DNA of 51,230 nucleotides from an uncultured Candidatus Saccharibacteria bacterium (GCA_964501445.1 CAZCSJ010000003.1:1-51230); one strand, 5' to 3'. Positions 9,698-16,800 are shown, counted from the stretch's first letter. The notes: generated by a model from the letters alone, not told the origin. Program-made: numbers and translations.

Positions 9698-9801
9698 ATC
9701 CCGTTAGAGATGCGGCTATGGGATCAACATGTGTTATAATTCCACCCATTGTGTGTGTTGTTATGCAAGCACTATGTCATAGTAGAAATCTCTAACGGGA
9801 T
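9698..9801. mobile_element. ~100-bp TIR element (MITE-like), copy 2, abutting a start codon
   Basis: TIRs are ATCCCGTTAGAGAT / ATCTCTAACGGGAT. The right TIR ends in the AT of the ATG at 9800. The interior contains a perfect extended -10 (TGtTATAAT, 9732-9740). Confidence 0.6.
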
Positions 9802-10450
9802 GAACTGGCTTTTCGAAAAACTCCGAATGCCGGCGGTCAATCAAGTGATCCTTATTATCATCCTCGCGGAGTTTATTTTAACCACCGCCGATGCGCTTAT
9901 AGGCCCCCTTTTTGCGCTCTTCGTGGTGCAGGATGTGGGGGCTGCGGTGACAACCGTTGGCTTTGCGATCGCGATTTACTGGATTACCAAATCTATTGTG
10001 CAACTCTTTGTCGCGCGGTATTTGGATAAAAACCACGGAGAGGTGGATGATTACTATTCAATGCTTGCGGGGCTTTTGATCGTGATTGTGACGATCTACA
10101 GTTACTACTTTGTCCGTGAAGTATGGCAGATCTACCTCCTCCAATTTTTCTTAGCACTCGGCAATTCTTTTGTCGTGCCACCGTTTTACGCGATTTTCAC
10201 GCGGCATATTGATAAAGACCGCGAGGCGTCCGAATGGGCAATGCGCTCAAGTTTTTCGCTCGGCGCGGGTTCTGCCTTGGGAGGTGCCCTCTCGGGACTT
10301 TTGGCGGCGGCCATCGGCATCCGTCCGATTTTTCTCATCAACGGAACTCTCATGCTCATCGGGTTTTTTGTGCTCCTCTTCCTCGGCCCCTACATAAAGC
10401 CCCGCACCCCGCGTGATCTCGCGAATTTTTACGAGCAAAAGCGGGTGTAA
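9800..10450 (+). CDS. Six-TM membrane protein, MFS-like half-size transporter
   Basis: The ORF track starts at 9749, but those 17 codons lie inside the TIR element. ATG 9800 (MNWLFEK...) is the likely start. It has about 6 hydrophobic helices and an MFS-like loop (ARYLDKNHG). Confidence 0.6.
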   Translation: MNWLFEKLRMPAVNQVILIIILAEFILTTADALIGPLFALFVVQDVGAAVTTVGFAIAIYWITKSIVQLFVARYLDKNHGEVDDYYSMLAGLLIVIVTIYSYYFVREVWQIYLLQFFLALGNSFVVPPFYAIFTRHIDKDREASEWAMRSSFSLGAGSALGGALSGLLAAAIGIRPIFLINGTLMLIGFFVLLFLGPYIKPRTPRDLANFYEQKRV

Positions 10451-10454
10451 ATCC

Positions 10455-10479
10455 CTGTACCGATCTAAGATCGGTACAG
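10455..10479 (+). terminator. 11-bp perfect hairpin after the membrane-protein gene (no T-tract)
   Basis: ctgtaccgatc-taa-gatcggtacag lies 5 nt after the stop and 6 nt before the polX ATG. It lacks a U-tract, so terminator function is uncertain. Confidence 0.35.
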
Positions 10480-10485
10480 AATACA

Positions 10486-12330
10486 ATGCATCATTTTTCA
10501 AACCAAGAAATCGCGCGGATGCTCTTAGATACTGCCCTCCTCTACGAGATGGAGGGTGTTCAATTTAAACCCCGGGCATACGAGAAAGCCGCACTCGGGG
10601 TGGAGGCGCTAGATACGGAAGCCGCGGAGATCTATAAAAAAGGCGGCCTCAAGGCGCTTATGGAGATTCCGGGCGTGGGGCGGGGCATTGCCGACCACAT
10701 GGAGGAGCTTTTTACCAAAGGCCATTTCCGCGAATACGAGCGTCTGAAAAAGAAAATTCCGGTGAATCTCTCGGAATTGACATCGGTGGAAGGCGTGGGG
10801 CCGAAGATGGTGAAGGTGCTTTGGCAGAAATTGCGGGTGCGGGGTTTGAAGGATTTGGAGCGCGTGGCGCGAGCAGGAAAAATTCGGCGCCTCGCGCGAT
10901 TCGGTGAAAAATCCGAGCAAAAGATACTGAAAGGCATTGAGTTTTTGAAAAGTACTGGCGGCAGACGCGTGCTCGGCACTCTTCTTCCCGAAATCCGCGC
11001 GTTTGAGAAGATGATCCAGTCATTTCCCGAGGTGGAACGCGCGGTGGTGGCGGGTTCCGTGCGCAGGTATAAAGAAACGATTGGCGACATTGATATCCTT
11101 GCGGTTTCCAAAAAACCGGAGGGTGTGATGGAGCGGTTTGTCGGGTTGCCATCTGTCGCGCATGTCTATGCAAAGGGTCCTACCAAAACGAATGTGCGCC
11201 TGAAAAACGGGCTTGATGTAGACCTCCGTGTGGTGCCGCGCGAATCATTTGGCGCTGCGCTGAATTATTTTACCGGTTCCAAAGACCACAATGTGGCGCT
11301 TCGCGAGATCGCGATCAAAAAGGGATATAAACTTAACGAGTACGGATTGTTTCAAAATCAAAAATCAAAAATCAAAAATCAAAATGACAGATTAAAATTT
11401 AAAAATAAAGGGAAGCAAATTGCCGGCAAAACCGAGGAAGAAATTTATAAGACCCTCGGACTTCGTTATATTGAACCGGAGATGCGGGAGGATACGGGGG
11501 AGATAGAGGCGGCCCTTCGACAAGCTCAGGGTAAACGCGACGGATTACCGAAATTGATCGGGTACGGCGACCTCAAGGGCGACTTACAAATCCAGACCGA
11601 TTGGACCGATGGCGAGAATTCAATTGAAGAAATGGCGCTTGGCGCGCGCGCGGCGGGTCTTGAGTATATCGCGATAACCGACCATACGCGCTCGCTTGCT
11701 ATGACCGGAGGAGCGGATGAAAAGAAACTGTTGAAGCAAATGGCGGCGATTGATAAATTAAATAAGGAAAAGTTCTCGACACGCTCGAACAATATTCCTC
11801 GAGCGAAGTCGAGGGGGTTCCGTATTTTAAAAGGTGCTGAAGTGAATATCGGGAAAGACGGCTCACTCGACATTAAAGACGAGGTGTTAAAAAAACTGGA
11901 TGTGGTGGGCGCGGCAGTGCATAGCCACTTCAATTTGTCACGCGCAGAGCAGACGCGCCGCATCATCCGCGCGATGGAAAATCCAAATGTGGATATCATT
12001 TTTCATCTCACGGGCCGCATCATTGGTAAGCGCCCTGCGATTGAGCTGGATATTGATGAAATTATAAAAACGGCAAAGCGCACCGGCACCGTGCTTGAGA
12101 TCAACGCATTTCCGGACCGCGCGGACATCAAGGACGATTATATTCGCAAATGTGTGGAAGCGGGTGTGAAGATGAGTATTGATTCCGATGCCCATTCGGT
12201 AAAACATTTTGCGGTTTTGGAACACGGCATTGCGCAGGCGCGCCGCGGCTGGGCAGAGAAGAGAGATATCATTAATGCGTGGCCATTACAAAAAATGGTA
12301 CGGCTTTTAAAGGGAGTGAAGATGTATTAA
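10486..12330 (+). CDS. polX: DNA polymerase X family protein with C-terminal PHP domain (PolX)
   Basis: 614-aa ORF with HhH motifs (IPGVGRGIADH; VEGVGPKM), a Pol-beta-like nucleotidyltransferase (GSVRRYKETIGDIDIL) and a PHP domain (ITDHT...HSHFN...DSDAHS). It carries repeat-derived insertions. Confidence 0.9.
   Translation: MHHFSNQEIARMLLDTALLYEMEGVQFKPRAYEKAALGVEALDTEAAEIYKKGGLKALMEIPGVGRGIADHMEELFTKGHFREYERLKKKIPVNLSELTSVEGVGPKMVKVLWQKLRVRGLKDLERVARAGKIRRLARFGEKSEQKILKGIEFLKSTGGRRVLGTLLPEIRAFEKMIQSFPEVERAVVAGSVRRYKETIGDIDILAVSKKPEGVMERFVGLPSVAHVYAKGPTKTNVRLKNGLDVDLRVVPRESFGAALNYFTGSKDHNVALREIAIKKGYKLNEYGLFQNQKSKIKNQNDRLKFKNKGKQIAGKTEEEIYKTLGLRYIEPEMREDTGEIEAALRQAQGKRDGLPKLIGYGDLKGDLQIQTDWTDGENSIEEMALGARAAGLEYIAITDHTRSLAMTGGADEKKLLKQMAAIDKLNKEKFSTRSNNIPRAKSRGFRILKGAEVNIGKDGSLDIKDEVLKKLDVVGAAVHSHFNLSRAEQTRRIIRAMENPNVDIIFHLTGRIIGKRPAIELDIDEIIKTAKRTGTVLEINAFPDRADIKDDYIRKCVEAGVKMSIDSDAHSVKHFAVLEHGIAQARRGWAEKRDIINAWPLQKMVRLLKGVKMY
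11353..11412 (+). repeat. A-rich heptamer-stutter insertion, in frame in polX
   Basis: caaaatcaaaaatcaaaaatcaaaaatcaaaatgacagattaaaatttaaaaataaaggg encodes QNQKSKIKNQNDRLKFKNKG. It is about 85% identical over ~45 nt to the left arm of the intergenic palindrome at 12335-12444. Confidence 0.75.
11775..11815 (+). repeat. GC-rich hairpin element (CTCGAC..GCTCGA / TCGAGCGAAGTCGAGG family), in frame in polX
   Basis: ctcgacacgctcgaacaatattcctcgagcgaagtcgaggg encodes STRSNNIPRAKSRG. The right arm is identical to the one in argS at 21018-21033. A lone left arm (cccttcgacaagctcaggg) sits at 11513-11531. Confidence 0.7.
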
Positions 12331-12334
12331 TGAA

Positions 12335-12444
12335 TAAAAAATCAAATATCAAAAATCAAAATCACATAGTAAAATTTAAAAATAATCACGATTTCTCGGG
12401 ATACCTTAATTTTGCATTTTGCTTTTTACTTTTTGATTTTGAGC
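12335..12444. repeat. AT-rich imperfect palindromic element downstream of polX
   Basis: The A-rich left arm is aatcaaatatcaaaaatcaaaatcacatagtaaaatttaaaaa. The T-rich right arm is ttaattttgcattttgctttttactttttgattttgagc. They flank a GC loop (gatttctcgggatacc). Confidence 0.65.
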
Positions 12445-12454
12445 AATAGCGAAC

Positions 12455-12916
12455 ATGCCCGCACTCCGTTCCGCCGGTATTATTTTATTCCGAAACACGA
12501 AAGAGGGGAGAACATACCTCGTGCTTCGTGCTGCGCGTTCATCCCCGCAGATAGGGAAGAAGCAATTTGCAAAAGAATTTTGGGACTTTCCGAAAGGCGA
12601 GTTAGACCCAAAGGAAACCGCGATTGATGCTGCGCGGCGCGAGGCAAAAGAAGAAGCAGGAATTCATATACGCGAGGTACTGCCGGATTTCAGGGAAACC
12701 GTGCAGTATTTCGTGTGGCGCGACGGCAAACCCATACTAAAATTCGTGGCGCTGTTTCTTGCCCAGTCGCCTACGGAAAAAGTGACGCTTTCCTGGGAGC
12801 ATGATGCGTGTGAGTGGCTTTTATTTGCAGACGCAAAAAAGCGCCTCATGCTTCCGCAGATGAAAAAGGCATTGGAAGCGGCGGAAAAATTTTTGAACGA
12901 CACACGCAGGTTATAG
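12455..12916 (+). CDS. NUDIX hydrolase
   Basis: 153-aa ORF with the Nudix box GELDPKETAIDAARREAKEEAGI (Gx5Ex7REUxEExGU). Confidence 0.85.
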   Translation: MPALRSAGIILFRNTKEGRTYLVLRAARSSPQIGKKQFAKEFWDFPKGELDPKETAIDAARREAKEEAGIHIREVLPDFRETVQYFVWRDGKPILKFVALFLAQSPTEKVTLSWEHDACEWLLFADAKKRLMLPQMKKALEAAEKFLNDTRRL

Positions 12917-12932
12917 GTGATATTCAGAAGAA

Positions 12933-12968
12933 TGCAGAATTTTTATACGATAGGTAGAAATTTCTGCA
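12933..12968. repeat. 36-bp palindromic-end repeat, copy 3
   Basis: tgcagaatttttatacgataggtagaaatttctgca is the exact reverse complement of 3220-3255. It lies between the NUDIX and ogt genes. Confidence 0.85.
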
Positions 12969-13020
12969 TGGCGGCCTTTCTCTTCTGTTTTTGATTGTGT
13001 TGCGCGCTGCTTCATTTTTT

Positions 13021-13320
13021 ATGATTACGCCATTTCAGAAAAGGGTGTATAATGCGGTGAAGCGGATTCCGCGGGGGCGCGTTGCGACCTATCAGACGAT
13101 TGCATGTGCCATTGGCCGACCGCGCGCCGCGCGTGCCGTTGGGACGGCACTCAACAAAAATCCGTTCGCGTCTGTTCCGTGCCATCGCGTGGTTCGCTCT
13201 GACGGTGCGATTGCGGGCTTCAATCGCGGGCTACGAGAGAAAAAGAAGCTTTTACAGCGGGAAGGAGTTGTGATAGAAGAGGGTAGGGTCCGTCCATTAT
13301 TCATAATTCATAATTCTTGA
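13021..13320 (+). CDS. ogt: Methylated-DNA--protein-cysteine methyltransferase (Ogt/MGMT, DNA-binding/active-site domain)
   Basis: The active-site motif PCHRVV is preceded by IPRGRVATYQTIA...GTALNKNP. The track ORF begins at TTG 12991, but ATG 13021 (MITPFQKRVY) is more likely. Confidence 0.85.
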   Translation: MITPFQKRVYNAVKRIPRGRVATYQTIACAIGRPRAARAVGTALNKNPFASVPCHRVVRSDGAIAGFNRGLREKKKLLQREGVVIEEGRVRPLFIIHNS

Positions 13321-13330
13321 TTCTCGTTTT

Positions 13331-14068
13331 ATGACTCCTTTGGTAAGTATTCTCCTCGCATCGTTTGTGGAAAGCATTGTGTCTTTCACAGGCGGTGCGC
13401 TCGCGATTTTCGGGGTGGAACGGATCAAGCGCTTCACCCATTTTGTCGTGAGTTTTGCGGTGGGCGCGCTTTTGGGCGTCTCGCTTTTAGAGTTGATTCC
13501 CGAGGCGATTGAGATGGCAGGCGGCGCCTCCGTGTTCCCGTGGGTGCTTGGAGGGATCATTTTCTTTTTTATCGTAGAGAAATTTTTCTCCTGGTATCAC
13601 CACCATGGACATGAAGATGAGGTGCGCCCGTATGCCTACCTCATTCTCTGGGGAGATTTTTTGCATAATTTTATTGACGGCGTGATTCTCGCACTCGCGT
13701 TTCTCGCCGATCCGAAGCTCGGCGTCATCACCACTCTTGCGGTGGTTCTTCACGAGATTCCCCAAGAGATAGGCGATTTCGGAGTTCTCATGCATGCGGG
13801 ATTCTCCCCGCTCCGCGCGCTCTTCTACAATTTCCTTGTGTCGCTCTCAACCATTTTTGGCGCGCTCCTCACGTATTTTTTGGGTGCGGGCCTCAGCCCC
13901 GCTTTGCCCTTTGCCCTTGCCTTCATCGCAGGAAACTTTCTCTACCTTGCATCCACCGATCTCATACCCGAATTGCACGAAAAAACACATGTGTGGCACT
14001 CACTCGGTCAGATCGTATTGATTGTGGCAGGCGCGCTCCTCGTGATCCTCCCGGAGTTTCTTTTCTAG
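13331..14068 (+). CDS. ZIP family divalent-metal (zinc) transporter, ZupT-like
   Basis: 245-aa polytopic ORF with a His-rich loop (HHHGHEDE) and the ZIP signature HEIPQEIGDFGVLM. Confidence 0.85.
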   Translation: MTPLVSILLASFVESIVSFTGGALAIFGVERIKRFTHFVVSFAVGALLGVSLLELIPEAIEMAGGASVFPWVLGGIIFFFIVEKFFSWYHHHGHEDEVRPYAYLILWGDFLHNFIDGVILALAFLADPKLGVITTLAVVLHEIPQEIGDFGVLMHAGFSPLRALFYNFLVSLSTIFGALLTYFLGAGLSPALPFALAFIAGNFLYLASTDLIPELHEKTHVWHSLGQIVLIVAGALLVILPEFLF

Positions 14069-14085
14069 AAGGGTGAAAATGTATG

Positions 14086-14130
14086 CCTTCGACATGCTCA
14101 GGCAATATATCTCCTGAACGAAGTTGAAGG
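14086..14130. repeat. GC-rich hairpin element (CCTTCGAC..GCTCAGG family), intergenic copy
   Basis: ccttcgacatgctcagg-caatatatctc-ctgaacgaagttgaagg. The arms are imperfectly complementary. It belongs to the same family as the in-frame copies in argS and polX. Confidence 0.7.
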
Positions 14131-14148
14131 AGTACCTTCTGCAACAAC

Positions 14149-14172
14149 AAAAGTCCCCATATGGGGACTTTT
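14149..14172. terminator. Bidirectional rho-independent terminator between convergent ZIP and rplT genes
   Basis: aaaagtcccc-atat-ggggactttt is a 10-bp stem flanked by A-tract and T-tract. It lies 3 nt from the rplT stop. Confidence 0.8.
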
Positions 14173-14174
14173 GT

Positions 14175-14519
14175 TTACTTCACCTGCGCCAGTATTTTTT
14201 TGAATATAGCCGGATGGTGTTCTGCGAGGATGGCGAGTATTTTTCGGTCAAGGGCGATGTTTTTTTTCTTGAGCGCGGCGATGAGACGGCTGTAACTCAT
14301 GGATTCTATTTTTGCGCCCGCGCTTATCTTTGACTGCCACAATCGGCGGTAGTCGCGCTTTTTTTGCTTCCGGCCCTTGAATGCGTGCGACCACGCGTGC
14401 AAAAGCGCCTCGCGCGCGAGCCGTTCTTTGGATTTTCTGCCCCAGCGAAATCCCTTTGTTGCTTTGAGTACTTTTCGTCTGCGCTTGAGCGCGATGACTC
14501 CTCGTTTGACGCGTGTCAT
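14175..14519 (-). CDS. rplT: 50S ribosomal protein L20
   Basis: 114-aa basic ORF MTRVKRGVIALKRRRKVLKATKGFRWGRKS..., a canonical L20 N-terminus. It sits in infC-rpmI-rplT order. Confidence 0.95.
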   Translation of the reverse strand: MTRVKRGVIALKRRRKVLKATKGFRWGRKSKERLAREALLHAWSHAFKGRKQKKRDYRRLWQSKISAGAKIESMSYSRLIAALKKKNIALDRKILAILAEHHPAIFKKILAQVK

Positions 14520-14575
14520 ACCTGATTATTGATTATTAATTATTGATAATTGATGCGCACCAACGAGTGGTTCGT

Positions 14576-14755
14576 CTACTGATTAATATACGCCCGTATT
14601 CTTTTATCCGTTGCGGGGTAGAGCCCTCTCGTACTTTTCTTTCGCATCTGGGCGCGGCGGGATTCTTTTGCATTGAAATGATTCTGACCCGAACCCCGCC
14701 GGAGGAGTTTTCCGGTTTTGGTTATCTTAATTCGTTTAAGTACAGCTTTTCTCAT
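14576..14755 (-). CDS. rpmI: 50S ribosomal protein L35
   Basis: Hand-translated 59-aa ORF, below the track cutoff: MRKAVLKRIKITKTGKLLRRGSGQNHFNAKESRRAQMRKKSTRGLYPATDKRIRAYINQ. It has a typical L35 sequence and position. Confidence 0.85.
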   Translation of the reverse strand: MRKAVLKRIKITKTGKLLRRGSGQNHFNAKESRRAQMRKKSTRGLYPATDKRIRAYINQ

Positions 14756-14866
14756 GATGATAATGCTAATCTACGAATCGTATGCGAATAATGCGAATTG
14801 CTAATTACGATAGGTTAGTATTCGCGATTGGTAGATTCGCATCTGATTTGTATATTCGCATCATGT
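14756..14866 (-). repeat. GCGAAT-rich ~100-bp intergenic cassette, copy A (inverted)
   Basis: Its reverse complement (atgcgaatctaccaatcgcgaatac...gcaattcgcattattcgcatac...tagattagcat) aligns at about 85% with 43644-43738. It ends at the rpmI start codon. Confidence 0.75.
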
Positions 14867-15325
14867 TTATTTCTTTTTTACAAGTACCGTCTGAAATCCC
14901 CGCGGGAACTTTTTTGGCGGCGCTTCAAGCGCGAATTCCGTCTGGATTATATCAAGAAACGCCTTGAATTTTTTTAACGCGAGGTCGCCATGCGCTTTTT
15001 CGCGTCCGCGGAGCCGCATCTCCACGCGCACCTTATCGCCCTTTTCAAGAAATCCTTGTACTTTCTCTGCGGTGCGTTTAAGGTCGTGCGCGCCGGTGGT
15101 AAATCCGATGCGCACCCCTTTGATCCCGACCTCTTTTTGTTTCTTCCCGTGTTCGCGCTCGCCTTTTTCGCGGTCGTATTTGAACTTTCCAAAGCCCATT
15201 ATTTTGCAGACCGGGGGACGCGCCGTTGCGGAGATTTCAATGAGGTCAAGTCCGCGTTCTCGCGCGATACGGAGCGCTTCAGCGGTTTCAAGAACGCCGA
15301 GATTCTTTCCCGTTTCGTCGATCAC
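14867..15325 (-). CDS. infC: Translation initiation factor IF-3
   Basis: 152-aa ORF from GTG with IF-3 N- and C-domain sequence (VIDETGKNLGV...; KVRVEMRLRGRE). The conserved IF-3 N-terminus (RYRINQYIRLSPVRV) continues upstream in frame with no ATG/GTG/TTG. The true start is therefore probably ATC (15356-15358) or ATT (15386-15388). Confidence 0.9.
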   Translation of the reverse strand: MIDETGKNLGVLETAEALRIARERGLDLIEISATARPPVCKIMGFGKFKYDREKGEREHGKKQKEVGIKGVRIGFTTGAHDLKRTAEKVQGFLEKGDKVRVEMRLRGREKAHGDLALKKFKAFLDIIQTEFALEAPPKKFPRGFQTVLVKKK

Positions 15326-15403
15326 GCGTACGGGTGAGAGGCGGATATACTGATTGATGCGGTATCGTTTTTGGATAGGATTGAAAATTAGGAATGGTAA
15401 CGG

Positions 15404-15769
15404 GGTGGAGGTGGGGAGATTTGAACTCCCGTCCGAATCGCTTCCTCCATGCCATTTCTACAAGCGTATCCCGAATCCGCCAGCTGGCGGACGGGAAAGG
15501 ATGTTTGATAGGCGTCGCGATCCGTATCAAACAGTCAGAATCGCCAAGCTCGATGTATGACACCGGTTATTTCCCATACGAGCGTGAGGAAGCCGATGGT
15601 CCGACGTGACGTCGGACAGAACCGATTTACGCTACTGCAAATGCAGGTCGCGCAGTCGGCATAGAGAATACGTTTGCACGTATGTGATGCGCGGTGTTGA
15701 TAAGGAAGGTGTCGCGCCCCTCCCGCTTGATGGTGTGGATTCTGTAATCCGTCGAGGCCTGTCACCCCC
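15404..15769 (-). ncRNA. ssrA: tmRNA (SsrA)
   Basis: On the minus strand the 5' end reads GGGGGUGACAGGCCUCGACGG and the 3' end reads GGACGGGAGUUCAAAUCUCCCCACCUCCA-CC. This gives a 7-bp acceptor stem with G3:U and a T-arm. The tag ORF is GCA AAC GUA UUC UCU AUG CCG ACU GCG CGA CCU GCA UUU GCA GUA GCG UAA, giving ANVFSMPTARPAFAVA. It is directly downstream of smpB. Confidence 0.85.
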
Positions 15770-16208
15770 GTTTCAATGTGCGCGCGATTTCGCGTTTTGC
15801 TTCGCGTTTTTTAATGACCTCGCGCTTATCCGTTTTCTTTTTGTGGCGCGCGAGGCCGATCAAAATCTTCACGAAACCCCGCTTACTATACACTTTGAGC
15901 GGGATGATTGTCAAACCTTTTGTCGCGGATTTTCCGATGAGCTCTTTGAGTTCTGCTCTCTTCAAAAGGAGCCGGCGCGAGCGCGTAGGGTCATAGCCCG
16001 CGGGCGTGTTTTTTGCCTGATACGGCGAGATGGCGGCGTTAAGCAACCATGCCTCATTTCTACGTATTACCACATAACTTCCGACGAGGGTGATGCGTCC
16101 GTTTTTTACCGCTTTCACCTCAAAACCCAAAAGTGAAATCCCCGCCTCGTATGTTTCAAGGATTTCGTAGTCAAAGTAGGCGCGTTTGTTGGAGGCGAAG
16201 TCGGACAC
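15762..16208 (-). CDS. smpB: SsrA-binding protein SmpB
   Basis: 148-aa ORF with typical SmpB sequence (NKRAYFDYEILETYEAGISLLGFEVK...LLLKRAELKEL...). It is adjacent to the tmRNA. Confidence 0.95.
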   Translation of the reverse strand: MSDFASNKRAYFDYEILETYEAGISLLGFEVKAVKNGRITLVGSYVVIRRNEAWLLNAAISPYQAKNTPAGYDPTRSRRLLLKRAELKELIGKSATKGLTIIPLKVYSKRGFVKILIGLARHKKKTDKREVIKKREAKREIARTLKRG

Positions 16209-16217
16209 GCAAAACAG

Positions 16218-16505
16218 TTAGCGATAGGTGTCTTCGCGGCGTAGACCGCAACGCGAGAGGAGTACTATGTGATTTGCGACATCATAGCGAAAACGAAAGC
16301 GACCCAATGCGAGTCGCCATTGACCATCACCGTGTGGTACTCCCTCCAGTTTCTTGATGTGGTAATTGTGGATGCGGTTATGCGGATCAGTTGCAAGGAT
16401 AGCGCGCGCCTGATTGAGGGTTGATCGGAATTCCGGGTGATGTTTTATGAGTTTGATAGCCAGCCGCTCGAATCGTGGAGTGGTAGTAATAGTGAAATCA
16501 GACAT
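16218..16505 (-). CDS. Type II toxin, RelE/ParE superfamily
   Basis: 95-aa product from the internal ATG (MSDFTITTTPRFERL...). The C-terminal signature is WRLALGRFRFRYDVANHIVLLSRCGLRREDTY. It overlaps the upstream antitoxin by 8 nt. Confidence 0.75.
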   Translation of the reverse strand: MSDFTITTTPRFERLAIKLIKHHPEFRSTLNQARAILATDPHNRIHNYHIKKLEGVPHGDGQWRLALGRFRFRYDVANHIVLLSRCGLRREDTYR

Positions 16506-16800
16506 TATTTTTTGATGGAAGCCGCAGGGGTACCTTTGTTTTCCTCGTATCGAGCTCTTTGAAAAATTCCTCAATAGGTCGGCTTTTACCTGCAAGATGT
16601 TCTTGATAGCTTTGTCGAATCTCCATTTGTATCTTCGGGTCTTGAATTTCCAAGTAGTCCTCAAATTCATCAATATCCATAATACCGACAATGGGGATGC
16701 CGTCTTTTTCCAGAATCACGTACTCTTTGTTGAGATGTATTTTTTTCACGACCGCGCCAAGATTGATTCGCGCTTTCGTGATGGGGAGGGTTTTGATCAT
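16498..16800 (-). CDS. Type II antitoxin, Phd/YefM family
   Basis: 100-aa ORF MIKTLPITKARINLGAVVKKIHLNKEYVILEKDGIPIVGIMDIDEFEDY has a Phd/YefM N-domain. It sits directly upstream of the RelE-like toxin and overlaps it. Confidence 0.8.
   Translation of the reverse strand: MIKTLPITKARINLGAVVKKIHLNKEYVILEKDGIPIVGIMDIDEFEDYLEIQDPKIQMEIRQSYQEHLAGKSRPIEEFFKELDTRKTKVPLRLPSKNNV

Noticed and set aside
9749-9799. Track start codon for the membrane protein (MCVLLCKHYVIVEISNG...)
   Set aside because: These 17 codons lie inside the TIR repeat element. ATG 9800 sits in the same context (CTAACGGGATGA) as two other gene starts.
14543-14791. 82-aa plus-strand ORF
   Set aside because: It is antisense to a clear ribosomal protein L35 gene (14576-14755, minus strand), which fits the infC-rpmI-rplT operon.
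15404-15445. tRNA-like T-arm and acceptor sequence (GGACGGGAGTTCAAATCTCCCCACCTCCA on the minus strand) as a stand-alone tRNA gene
   Set aside because: There is no anticodon arm or D-arm immediately upstream. The matching 5' acceptor strand lies 360 nt away, next to smpB. A tag-peptide ORF lies between them. It is therefore the tRNA-like domain of tmRNA.
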